Translations under genes and position numbers: made by a program
Source of the DNA: a virus
Direction: 5' to 3' (one strand)
DNA length: 64,000 nt
Virus record (IMG/VR): IMGVR_UViG_3300045988_055118
Coordinates: 8,622 to 72,621 of that record
Shown: piece after piece, positions 49,491 to 58,847 of the stretch
Layout: every line of letters begins with the position of its first letter
How positions within the stretch are numbered: the stretch's first letter is position 1
Notes under the pieces: generated by a model
The model's input: only the letters and a program-made list of their open reading frames with translations
Told to the model about the DNA's origin: nothing
Database searches by the model: none

Positions 49491-49865
49491 ATGTACAAAC
49501 AAGCGTCTAAAATGAAGTTGCGCTTTGCAACTAGTAAAGGTAATTTGAGTGTGGAAGATTTGTGGGACTTAAGTCTGCCTGCATTGGACAGACTGGCAGT
49601 GTCCTATGACGAAGAATTAGCCAAGAGTCCTAGAAAATCTTTCATAACTAATGATACTCCTAGCAATAGCGAACTGGAGTTAAAGTTCAACATTGTGAAA
49701 GATGTTATCACTGATAAGCTGAAAGACAAGGCCGCTAGAGAAGCAGCTAAAGATAAGGCAGCTGAGAAGGCACGCCTGACTGAACTGCTGGCTAAGAAAC
49801 AGTCTGAGAAAATGGAAAGTATGTCCGAAGATGAAATCAGACAACGACTTGCAGAACTCGGATAA
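49491..49865 (+). CDS. hypothetical protein with Lys/Ala/Glu-rich C-terminus
   Basis: 124 aa. Confidence 0.45.
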   Translation: MYKQASKMKLRFATSKGNLSVEDLWDLSLPALDRLAVSYDEELAKSPRKSFITNDTPSNSELELKFNIVKDVITDKLKDKAAREAAKDKAAEKARLTELLAKKQSEKMESMSEDEIRQRLAELG

Positions 49866-50232
49866 TTGTGTCGTATTGAAAACAGTTAGTCCACAAATCT
49901 TAGATAAACTAAGGGAAAGTGGATTGACTGTTTGTACGTGTTGTGAATTTCCTGGTACAGCCTGGTTAGTATTCAGACCAAATATGCCTACATCGGATAT
50001 TCACGGTGAGGGGGTATGATTTCGAAGAGATAGGACTTTTTGGAACAGAGGCTGTTCTCAAATACTTCGAAGCTAACACTCCGAATTATGTAGATTGCGG
50101 AACTGATGTCGATAAATTTATTAACATTTGTTTGCAGTTTAAATAAGTTAACGGTTTTTAACTTTGAATTTAACACTTGTACTGTTATTATAGTAAGTTG
50201 ATTAGCGGTACGTGAGTATAGCTAATTACTAT

Positions 50233-50318
50233 GCCCGAATGGTGGAATTGGTAGACACGTCAGATTTAAGCTCTGATGCCCAGTAATGGGCGTGTGGGTT
50301 CGAGTCCCACTTCGGGTA
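50233..50318 (+). tRNA. tRNA-Leu (anticodon TAA), long variable arm; isolated from main array
   Basis: GCCCGAA..TTCGGGT, anticodon stem TCAGA/TCTGA, loop TTTAAGC, variable hairpin GCCCAGTAATGGGC, T arm GTGGG-TTCGAGT-CCCAC. Confidence 0.75.
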
Positions 50319-50509
50319 CTAATTTAATATCAATAATATGGAAAGATATATAGAAGAACTTATTGAAATATATAGAAAAAATACTCTAAAGTCAGATGAA
50401 GAATTAGAATCTCTGAAGAGTTTACTTAGAAATGTTCATCGTGATGGATTTATAGCAGGAGAAGAATCAATAATTAATGTTGTGGATAAACTAACAAAAC
50501 GTAACTAAT

Positions 50510-51421
50510 ATGAACAGTGTATTTTTTGGAAATGAAGGGTTGACTTCTACGTCAGCAAACTTCTATGCGAACATCGCACAAGAAATGATTCAAGCAGCAC
50601 AGGAACGCTTGAATAATGTGAAATTCTTTCAAGTATCTGTAGCCTCTATCGGTGGAGGAGAAAAGCAGTTAATGACAGTAGGACAAAAGTCCCTTGACTT
50701 TATAAAAGATGATTTGGAAAAGGTCGCTGCCATGAATAGTTTTTGTGCTTGGGTACGAGAAGCTATTAAAGAGAAAGAAGGAATGATTGGCAAAGTATCT
50801 GCTACTATGCTTGATGATTGGGCAGAAAGTCAGGGAATAGGACTGCCAGAGCAGCCTAAGTATCCAGAAGCTCTACCTTCTCCGACTGAAGAGACTATCA
50901 TAAAGTCGTGGGATATTAACAAGAGAAATAAATTCCTAAGATTAGAGGCGTTTGCTTCTACCTATGGAAAGTATATTCATCCAAAAGGAGCCTTTAGTAA
51001 AGCACGAAAAGAAGTTCATGCAGCTGAGAATTGTCCTATCTATAAGGAAGGCTCTGGAAGAGATTTAATTCTCTACTACCAAGACCCTACCATCGAAGTA
51101 GAAAAAGTGGACAATATGTTCATGTCTCTTCAAGACACCTATCGTTCTTACGAGAAGGAGTTAAATGCTCTTAAAGCTGAGCTTAAGGAGGAGGTTAATA
51201 AACTTTCTAACACTCAAGAACAAGAGTATCGTGAGAAAATGGCTGAATTTAAAGCAAAATACGACAAATATACCTCCGAATTAGGAGAGTTGAGAAGTCG
51301 TTTCAATAGTTGGAAAACTTCTGAAATGGAACGTATTTCCAAACTAAAAATCGCTTTGCCTAAGAATCTTTTAGATATTTTCGAAGAGATTAGGAGACAA
51401 GGCGACTCTTCCTCTAAGTAA
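50510..51421 (+). CDS. hypothetical protein
   Basis: 303 aa. Confidence 0.5.
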   Translation: MNSVFFGNEGLTSTSANFYANIAQEMIQAAQERLNNVKFFQVSVASIGGGEKQLMTVGQKSLDFIKDDLEKVAAMNSFCAWVREAIKEKEGMIGKVSATMLDDWAESQGIGLPEQPKYPEALPSPTEETIIKSWDINKRNKFLRLEAFASTYGKYIHPKGAFSKARKEVHAAENCPIYKEGSGRDLILYYQDPTIEVEKVDNMFMSLQDTYRSYEKELNALKAELKEEVNKLSNTQEQEYREKMAEFKAKYDKYTSELGELRSRFNSWKTSEMERISKLKIALPKNLLDIFEEIRRQGDSSSK

Positions 51422-51856
51422 TTAGAGGACTTCCGTAGGAAGCTAACATAACATACTTAACAGGAATAATTATGAACAGTATATTCTTAAATCCGCATGG
51501 ATTTAATCTTTATTCGCTGGCTACACAAAAATTTACAACCTACTCTCTAATTGAGAGTCTTTGTCTTAGTCTTTGTTAGTGTAGCTAGGTCTTTGACTAC
51601 GGCTTCATCTTTGCCTGCGCGTTAGCTTCCTACATAGCTCGTCAACCACGTGTTGAAGGAGTTACGGAATCCCTTCGGGATTCTAGCCTTTTGCTTCAGT
51701 TACAAGTAATCTTTAAACTTGGTGACTATTATCCCAAATTCTCAACAAGATGAAGAGGGAGGTTGACCAACCTAATAATGGTACAAGCTCTTCGGAGTGA
51801 TAGGAGTGGGGAAAGTATCTGGTGAAGCACAGATACTGGAACCACTCTTTTTTTTT
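51422..51856 (+). ncRNA. candidate structured noncoding RNA / long 3' UTR ending in strong intrinsic terminator
   Basis: About 430 nt without ORFs, GC-richer than flanks. Hairpins AAATCC-GCAT-GGATTT and GAATCC-CTTCG-GGATTC. Compound hairpin GAGTGG...AGTATCTG-gtgaagca-CAGATACT...CCACTC followed by T9 (51848-51856). Confidence 0.4.
51805..51856 (+). terminator. rho-independent terminator
   Basis: Nested hairpin plus 9-T run. Confidence 0.6.
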
Positions 51857-51897
51857 GATAGATAAAATGATTATTAACTAATTTAAATTAAGAAAAA

Positions 51898-52071
51898 TGA
51901 AGAAAGTACTATTGCTTTTCGGAATGGTTGCACTGATGTCTGCTTGTGCAGGTAATACAAAGACTCAGGCTCCAGAAAACGATTCTATCGCAATCGTTAA
52001 AGAAGTTGCTGACACAATGAGTGTAGACACTCTAGGTGTGGATAGTCTTGTAATTGATAGTATTCAGTAAT
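51898..52071 (+). CDS. small lipoprotein (57 aa)
   Basis: MKKVLLLFGMVALMSAC lipobox; below ORF-track cutoff. Confidence 0.4.
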
Positions 52072-52395
52072 ATGGATTTTATCGCAACCAGAGTCAATGA
52101 ACTCTTAAGTAGGGTATCTCCTATTAAGCGATGGCTTATTTCTGATGTTGCGAATGAATACTATCGAGCAGGATATCAAGATGGTCAGAAACTAGTCTAC
52201 AGAAATGTGTTAAAGGGAAGCGCATTGAGAGAGTTTATCGAAATTCTAAATCATTGCGGAATTAAACTTAGTTACAACTTACGTAAGGGTGGGCTACTGG
52301 TCAGTGTAAGAACTGATAAGTTGTCCAACTTACAGAATCTTGTTAATTGTTACAAAAATGAGCAAAACAAAGAGAACAGTCCTGACAAGGGATGA
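52054..52395 (+). CDS. hypothetical protein
   Basis: 113 aa. Confidence 0.4.
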   Translation: MIVFSNMDFIATRVNELLSRVSPIKRWLISDVANEYYRAGYQDGQKLVYRNVLKGSALREFIEILNHCGIKLSYNLRKGGLLVSVRTDKLSNLQNLVNCYKNEQNKENSPDKG

Positions 52396-52738
52396 TTGTC
52401 CCCCATTGGAGGAACAATACAAAAGCATTATGGAGAACTTTGATTTTGATAAGGTTCTGGAGTATATGCAGTGGGACAAGAGTCATAGAGAATATGATGA
52501 CGAGGGTCGCTGTATAGGCAAAAGTACATGGAAAATGTATGTAGGTCCGAACGAACACAGAGTTCCCACTCTTTACGAACTATCCAGAAATGCTAGCGTA
52601 CTACTAAGAGAAGTAATGAAGCTGTACAATGACAACAAAAGTCCTTATCTTTCTATAGCTACTGGACCATTCAAGGTTATTTGCAGATATGGGATGCTGG
52701 AACTTATAGCTTGCCTAGAAACTTGGAGTTATGATTGA
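52340..52738 (+). CDS. hypothetical protein
   Basis: 132 aa. Confidence 0.4.
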   Translation: MLIVTKMSKTKRTVLTRDDCPPLEEQYKSIMENFDFDKVLEYMQWDKSHREYDDEGRCIGKSTWKMYVGPNEHRVPTLYELSRNASVLLREVMKLYNDNKSPYLSIATGPFKVICRYGMLELIACLETWSYD

Positions 52739-53144
52739 ATTTAATCAGATTTTTTGTGAGGATTTGAAAGATGATTTCGAGGAAGCTGGTAGGCATGAGA
52801 GAAATTTCGAGTTAGACGAGTTTATTCAGAAGGATTTAAGTAGAGCATTTGCGTTTGGTTATTGTCATTTAGACTGGATAAAGGAGAAAATGTGGTTTCC
52901 TGTTCCTATTAGGAAGGCTTTACGGCATTTAGGAGACGACCTAGAAGATTTTGCTCCTCAGCTTAAATGGCTTAACGAAAAATATGGTGCTATAGGAAAG
53001 AGAGTTAGAATTGTTGATTATGCAAACTATATTTTAGATAATATATTTTGTGACAATCAAGACGATTTGCTAAAGATAGCAATATTACTCGGAACTAACA
53101 TGAGAGTAAATACTGCTGATGAGCAGGCTAGAAGTGTTCACTGA
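52731..53144 (+). CDS. hypothetical protein
   Basis: 137 aa. Confidence 0.45.
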   Translation: MIEFNQIFCEDLKDDFEEAGRHERNFELDEFIQKDLSRAFAFGYCHLDWIKEKMWFPVPIRKALRHLGDDLEDFAPQLKWLNEKYGAIGKRVRIVDYANYILDNIFCDNQDDLLKIAILLGTNMRVNTADEQARSVH

Positions 53145-53562
53145 TGGAGCTTTTAGCTCGTCTAGAGACACAGGAGGAGTAGGAGTTGTATTCGTAATTG
53201 ATGGGGAAAAAGCCTATGAATTTAGTAAGATGATTCCTAATACTACTAATAATAAATGTGAGTTGTTAGCAGTAATTTATGCTCTAAATGCAGTAAGTCG
53301 TAAAATCGAATCTCTGACTATTTACTCAGATTCTCAGTACGTCATAGGATGTGCTACTAAAGGATGGAAAAGAAAGAAGAATGTAGAGTTATGGAATTTA
53401 TACGACAAGGTCTTAAATAAGGCAAAGCAATTTTGTCCTAATATAGACTTTTGTTGGGTGAAAGGACATACTTCAAGTTCAGACTTCTTTTCTCAGATGA
53501 ATAATCTCGCAGATAAATTAGCAGTTGAAGCAAGTCAGGAATATGAAACTAAGAAAGAATAA
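53119..53562 (+). CDS. rnhA: ribonuclease HI
   Basis: VFTDGAFSS...GGVGVV; CELLAVIYAL; IYSDSQYVI; WVKGH...NLADKLA (RNase H DEDD/H layout). Confidence 0.65.
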   Translation: MSRLEVFTDGAFSSSRDTGGVGVVFVIDGEKAYEFSKMIPNTTNNKCELLAVIYALNAVSRKIESLTIYSDSQYVIGCATKGWKRKKNVELWNLYDKVLNKAKQFCPNIDFCWVKGHTSSSDFFSQMNNLADKLAVEASQEYETKKE

Positions 53563-53959
53563 GAATAAGAAACTTATCAAAGAAGCTATGAAGTTTTATC
53601 CATTCGATTATGGATTTGTTCTCTCTTTAGAGAAACAAGCCCTAATTAGAATGTATGAATACTTTAAGGTATCTAGAATTGCGGAAGGCAATGAACGTGT
53701 CGAAAAAGAGCTAAATCTAGCACTAAAGCTATTAGATATTGTGCTAGAAATAGATTCTGCGTATCACCATGACTTTAGACCTGGGTCAAAGGGATTTGTA
53801 GATAGACACATAAATACTAAAAATTGGAATCGATTCCACTCTAAGGCTGCTGATCTCGATTGGAATACCCCAATCCTTAAAGATTATCTGAGAAGAGAAA
53901 AAGCCTGGTACTTATACAACAAACTAAAGTTTGAACGTATGAGGTCTTGGTGGGATTAA
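53525..53959 (+). CDS. hypothetical protein
   Basis: 144 aa. Confidence 0.45.
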   Translation: MKQVRNMKLRKNKNKKLIKEAMKFYPFDYGFVLSLEKQALIRMYEYFKVSRIAEGNERVEKELNLALKLLDIVLEIDSAYHHDFRPGSKGFVDRHINTKNWNRFHSKAADLDWNTPILKDYLRREKAWYLYNKLKFERMRSWWD

Positions 53960-53975
53960 TTTAATTAATAGAATT

Positions 53976-54992
53976 ATGAAGAAAATTTTTAGTATTATTT
54001 GTTTGTGTTTAATGTGCGTGTTTGCTAGCGCACAAGTTGTTGAAACTGGAAGTTTGAAAGATAACTGGTATGTTTCTGGTAATGTAGGTACTACAATTTG
54101 GGACAACTCAAGAAGTTGGGCTGAACCTCGTGATGTATTAGTAAATATTGCGGTGGGTAAAGAAATTACTCCTATCTTTGGACTAGAGTTAGATATGATG
54201 GCAGGTATGAATCAAGGCAGTGAAACGTTCTTCGATTCCCATAACCTTACAGCTAATGTAACTACTAATCTAACTAATCTTATTTGTGGATACGAAGGCT
54301 CTAGACGTTTATTTGAGCCTGTATTACTGATAGGTGCTGGTTGGTATCATACTTATGGTGATGTTTATAATAATGTATCTGCAAGAGGTGCAATTAGATG
54401 CAACTTTAATATTACTGATAGTTGGGCACTAAATGTTACTCCAGAGTATATGCTACTTCCAAAGACTACTCCTCTAAATCATGAAGTAAATGTTTATATA
54501 GGAGCCACTTACCGGTTTAAGTCTAATAAAGGAAACTTTCCTATGATGAAACTATATAGTGACGCTGAAGTAGAAAGTCTTAATGCTGCTATTAACGAGT
54601 TGAGGGTTAAGAATAGCGAATTGGAATCTCGTAAACCAGTAGAAATAATTAAGACTGATACTATAGTAGTTACTAAGGTAGAACTTCTTACACCTAAAAT
54701 TCAGTTTTTACAGAACTCTTCTGAAATCTCTACAACTTCTAATGTTGCAGTATCGGAGTTAGCAGCTTATATTTCAAATAGTGGTAAGTCATATATGATT
54801 GAAGGATATGCTTCTGAAGAAGGTCCAGTAGATTTTAATGACAACTTAGCTGTAGCTAGAGCAGAATCTATGAAGAAGGCCCTTATCAGTTATGGCGCTC
54901 CAGAGGATAAGCTTATAGTTAAAGGCTGCGGAAGCACTACTGAGTTTGGAGATAGAGAATTTAACAGAATCGTAATCGTAACAGAACAATGA
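53976..54992 (+). CDS. OmpA-family outer-membrane protein with signal peptide
   Basis: MKKIFSIICLCLMCVFASAQ signal. N-terminal beta-rich region, coiled-coil linker, C-terminal OmpA-like domain (GYASEEGPVDFNDNLAVARAESMKKAL...KGCGSTTEFGD). Confidence 0.6.
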   Translation: MKKIFSIICLCLMCVFASAQVVETGSLKDNWYVSGNVGTTIWDNSRSWAEPRDVLVNIAVGKEITPIFGLELDMMAGMNQGSETFFDSHNLTANVTTNLTNLICGYEGSRRLFEPVLLIGAGWYHTYGDVYNNVSARGAIRCNFNITDSWALNVTPEYMLLPKTTPLNHEVNVYIGATYRFKSNKGNFPMMKLYSDAEVESLNAAINELRVKNSELESRKPVEIIKTDTIVVTKVELLTPKIQFLQNSSEISTTSNVAVSELAAYISNSGKSYMIEGYASEEGPVDFNDNLAVARAESMKKALISYGAPEDKLIVKGCGSTTEFGDREFNRIVIVTEQ

Positions 54993-55257
54993 AATACAAG
55001 AAAAAAGTAAAATGGTTAAAGGATAAACAGGCATGGTGGGATAAGCAGGGAAAAGATTTCCAAGCTGCAACCACTAGACCTGGTTCCGTTAAAACTCGAT
55101 AATCTATGTTAGCTATTATACTAGCAATAGTCTTGATAATCGCCTTTATTTATTACGACCCATATGTAGATATTACAGAGGATAATGTCTTATTATGGTA
55201 TAATGGTAAGGGATATAGGGAATACATTATTCTGTGGTCCAGAAATACTAATTAAGT

Positions 55258-55572
55258 ATGGACGTAAAGATTATGTTGATAAGTGATTGTATAGGAGTTG
55301 TGCTCTATGCGCTCCTATACTATACACTTTATCATACCTATGAACTAGATTATTTAGGTTCTGGAAGGTGGAGAAGGTGGAGAAGAATATCTGTGCCTGG
55401 TTGGGCTGTAGTTATAGCCCTAGTGAGCCTATGTCTTCCTCCTGTAGCTGTCTCGCTTTCTATAGTAAGCTGGATTATATATATGCTTAAGTTTCTCGGC
55501 GATAAATATTACGAGGTAGACGTTTCTTTTATTAAGTTTTTATCAAACTCAATACATGACACGAATATTTAA
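55258..55572 (+). CDS. small membrane protein
   Basis: Three hydrophobic segments. Confidence 0.4.
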   Translation: MDVKIMLISDCIGVVLYALLYYTLYHTYELDYLGSGRWRRWRRISVPGWAVVIALVSLCLPPVAVSLSIVSWIIYMLKFLGDKYYEVDVSFIKFLSNSIHDTNI

Positions 55573-56068
55573 ACATCTAATTAGGATTATTAAGCATAAA
55601 TACTGGGTAGCACGCTATTGTTTCCAGTTAGGTCTTTATTGGCAGGGAATAGTACATGACTGGTCTAAGTTTAGCTATACTGAATTTAGTAGGTCAATAA
55701 AGTATTGGGACGATACTATTAGTCCTCTAGCTAATGAGAAAAACATACACGGATATTCTGAAACCTTCCTACATCATCGAGGAAGAAATCCACATCACTA
55801 TGAATATTGGGTTCATAGTTTAGATGAAGGAGGAGTTCCAGCGAAAATGCCAAGAAAATATGCTTTGGAATTAGTCTGTGATTATCTGGCTGCTGGGAGA
55901 ACCTATAATAAAGATTTTACCTATGGGAGTGAGTACAACTGGTGGATTAAATTTCTAAGTTCACCTAGAGCTATACATCCCGAAACCAAGGACTTCGTAA
56001 CTAAATGCTTTAGGCATTTGAGTGCCGGAGGTAATATTAAATATTTATTGAAAATTGACTATGAGTAA
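55556..56068 (+). CDS. hypothetical protein (His-rich, possible HD-like metal-dependent hydrolase)
   Basis: VHDWSK ... FLHHRGRNPHHYEYWVH. Confidence 0.35.
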   Translation: MTRIFKHLIRIIKHKYWVARYCFQLGLYWQGIVHDWSKFSYTEFSRSIKYWDDTISPLANEKNIHGYSETFLHHRGRNPHHYEYWVHSLDEGGVPAKMPRKYALELVCDYLAAGRTYNKDFTYGSEYNWWIKFLSSPRAIHPETKDFVTKCFRHLSAGGNIKYLLKIDYE

Positions 56069-56879
56069 GATAATAGGGCAAGACAAGTTAATTAAGGAAG
56101 TTAATAGAATATTTCAGGTATTTGTAAATAGTAATTGCAAGATAAGACCGCACTTTATTCTTACAGGTGAGAGCGGGTCTGGTAAGAGCTTTACTATTAA
56201 ACAGTTATGTGATATGAATGAACTTAGCTTTCTAGAAGTTAATGCAGCTCAAATAACTAAAGAGGGTATTTCTGGAAATAGTTTAAGCAAAATTCTATCT
56301 CCACTTGTTAACTATAGTCACACACCTATTGTAGTCTTCGTAGACGAGTTTGATAAACTTTTCATCAACGGAAACACTAATAGCCAACTGGCTAATGAAT
56401 CTACTGCCAGTGTACAGAACGAGTTTCTCAAACTTTTAGAGTCTGATACTACTAGTGTTTTTGGCGATTATGGGAAGTACATATCAGTCCCTATTGATAA
56501 TGTACTATTTGTGTTTGCTGGAGCATTCAATAATGAGCCTCACATTACATTAGATAGACTAAGAGACTTTGGAGTTAAAACAGAGTTTCTTGGAAGAGTA
56601 GGATTAATCTACAATACTAAACCTCTCACTCTAGAGGATTTGTATTCTATCTTGGAGTGTTCAGACTTGTTGCAGAATTATCTTGACTTATTCTTTAATG
56701 TAAATAGAGAACAAGTCATTAGTGATTTGAAAGGGTATCTCGAAAGTTCTTTTCGCAATAATACTCTTGGAGCAAGAACAATTAATACTCTTATTCACCA
56801 ATACTTTATCAAAGGTGGAAAACTCGAAACTGAAGAAGTAAAAGAAATAACTTTTAACAAAAAATTAGAATGGAAATAA
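56055..56879 (+). CDS. ClpX-like AAA+ ATPase (AAA+ module only, no zinc-finger N-domain)
   Basis: Walker A GESGSGKSF, Walker B VVFVDEFDKLF, then SVQNEFLKLLE...NVLFVFAGAF, colinear with ClpX (IDEIDKI...QQALLKLIEG...ILFICGGAF). Confidence 0.5.
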   Translation: MTMSKIIGQDKLIKEVNRIFQVFVNSNCKIRPHFILTGESGSGKSFTIKQLCDMNELSFLEVNAAQITKEGISGNSLSKILSPLVNYSHTPIVVFVDEFDKLFINGNTNSQLANESTASVQNEFLKLLESDTTSVFGDYGKYISVPIDNVLFVFAGAFNNEPHITLDRLRDFGVKTEFLGRVGLIYNTKPLTLEDLYSILECSDLLQNYLDLFFNVNREQVISDLKGYLESSFRNNTLGARTINTLIHQYFIKGGKLETEEVKEITFNKKLEWK

Positions 56880-58420
56880 TTAATGCTACAGATGGTTACA
56901 AGTTGGGCCATCACAGAATGTACCCCGAAGGTACTGAACAAGTTTATAGTAACTGGACTCCTAGAAGTAATAAATACTTCCCAGAAGCAACCGAAGGTTC
57001 AGTAGTATTTGGTATTCAATACCTAATCAAAGAATATCTCATTAAACAGTTTGAGAAAAACTTCTTTAATCTACCAAAGAAGGAAGCTGTGGAGATGTTC
57101 TATCGTAGAGTAAACAACTTTGTTGGTATTGAATCCGTTGGGTACAGACATATTGAAGCTTTATATGACCTTGGGTATCTACCAATTCGCATAAAGGCTC
57201 TTCCTGAAGGTTCTGTGTGCCCTATTCGGGTTCCCATGATGACCATTACAAATACTCTACCCGAGTTCTTTTGGTTAACTAACTACTTAGAGACTATTAT
57301 CAGCTGTACCTTGTGGATGCCATGCACATCTGCTACTAGAGCTAGGCTTTATAAGAAAGAGCTACATCGTCATGCTTGCAAGACTGGTTTTCCAACAGAT
57401 GTAAATCTTGGTTTTTGTTGTCATGATTTCTCAATGCGAGGTATGGCGGGAATGGAAGCCGCAATTATATCTGGTATGGCGCATATGACTTCTTTTGTGG
57501 GAAGTGAAACTATTCCAGCTATTGCTGCTTTGGAAGAATATTATGGAGCTAATTCAGACGAGGAATTGATTGCTGCTACAGTTCCAGCAACAGAACACTC
57601 TGTAATGTGTGCTGGAGGGGAGGAAGATGAGCTGGGCACTTTCAAACGTCTAATTAATGATTTGTATCCTTCTGGGTTTGTTTCTATTGTATCTGATACT
57701 TGGGATTTCTGGAATGTAATTGAAAATTTCTTGCCCAAGCTGAAGAAAGACATTATGGCTCGTGATGGTAGAGTAGTAATCCGTCCTGATAGTGGAGACC
57801 CAGTAGATATAATCTGCGGGTTGAGAACTAATCCTCACTTCAATACCAGAATGAAAGAAGGTAAGTATTATTGCTGCTATGCTCCGTTTAATGACGATGC
57901 AGAGTATGTTGAAGTGTCCGAAGGTCAATATTATGGGGCATATTATATGCTTGGTAAAATCTTCGGATGGAATACTACTTCAAAGGATTACCGTTATCCT
58001 AGCACTAAGGTTGGTCTGCTTTATGGAGATTCTATTACTCTGGAACGTCAAAAGCAAATCTACTTGAGATTAGAAAACGCTCATATGGCGGCTTGTAATC
58101 TCGTTCTGGGAGTAGGTTCATATTCCTATCAGTATGCAAGTAGAGATAGTCTTGGGTTTGCTATTAAGGCTACTGCTTGCGTAGTAAATGGCGAATTGAA
58201 AGAAATCTTCAAACATCCTAAAACTGATGATGGTACTAAGAACTCTTTGAAAGGTTTGATTGCTGTCTATAAATGTCTGGATGGGAAGTATACTGCTACC
58301 GACCAGGTCTCAATCGAGGAGGAAAAAGAGGGATGCTTAGAGACTGTCTTTGAAGATGGTATCTTGAAGAAAGAATATTCTCTTGAAGAAATCAGACAAA
58401 GAATTGACCATGGACTTTAA
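56870..58420 (+). CDS. nadV: nicotinamide phosphoribosyltransferase family protein (NadV/Nampt; possibly the Namat variant)
   Basis: ATDGYKLGHHRMYPEGTEQVYSNWTPRS and IRPDSGDPVD match Nampt signatures ([37 protein letters not shown]); 516 aa. Confidence 0.7.
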   Translation: MEIINATDGYKLGHHRMYPEGTEQVYSNWTPRSNKYFPEATEGSVVFGIQYLIKEYLIKQFEKNFFNLPKKEAVEMFYRRVNNFVGIESVGYRHIEALYDLGYLPIRIKALPEGSVCPIRVPMMTITNTLPEFFWLTNYLETIISCTLWMPCTSATRARLYKKELHRHACKTGFPTDVNLGFCCHDFSMRGMAGMEAAIISGMAHMTSFVGSETIPAIAALEEYYGANSDEELIAATVPATEHSVMCAGGEEDELGTFKRLINDLYPSGFVSIVSDTWDFWNVIENFLPKLKKDIMARDGRVVIRPDSGDPVDIICGLRTNPHFNTRMKEGKYYCCYAPFNDDAEYVEVSEGQYYGAYYMLGKIFGWNTTSKDYRYPSTKVGLLYGDSITLERQKQIYLRLENAHMAACNLVLGVGSYSYQYASRDSLGFAIKATACVVNGELKEIFKHPKTDDGTKNSLKGLIAVYKCLDGKYTATDQVSIEEEKEGCLETVFEDGILKKEYSLEEIRQRIDHGL

Positions 58421-58847
58421 TCATCCTTTTGGGAAAGAAGCTTGCAAGAAACGACTATTAGAAGAGTATCATAAATACGGAAAGCTAATAGTCGCTTTCG
58501 ATTTTGATAATACTATTTTCGATTACCATAATACTGGCGGAGATTATAGTTGCGTTATAGAACTACTTAAAGAATGCTCACTTCTAGGTTTTGAAATGAT
58601 TTTATTCACCACTGATGAAGATGATTATAAAATTATGGCAAAGCAGACAATTTGTATGCGATTAGGAATAGCAAATATTACTTCTAATACTTTATCTGCT
58701 CCAAACATTAGTAGTTCTATATTCTCTAAATCTAAGAAACCTTATTACAATATCCTCCTAGATGATAGGGCAGGTCTGGAAGAAAGTTATGAAATCTTAA
58801 AATATGTAGTAGATGAAATTAAACTTAATCAACAAGGAAATCAGTGA
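58383..58847 (+). CDS. HAD-superfamily hydrolase
   Basis: LIVAFDFDNTIF (DxDxT motif I). Confidence 0.5.
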   Translation: MKKSDKELTMDFNHPFGKEACKKRLLEEYHKYGKLIVAFDFDNTIFDYHNTGGDYSCVIELLKECSLLGFEMILFTTDEDDYKIMAKQTICMRLGIANITSNTLSAPNISSSIFSKSKKPYYNILLDDRAGLEESYEILKYVVDEIKLNQQGNQ

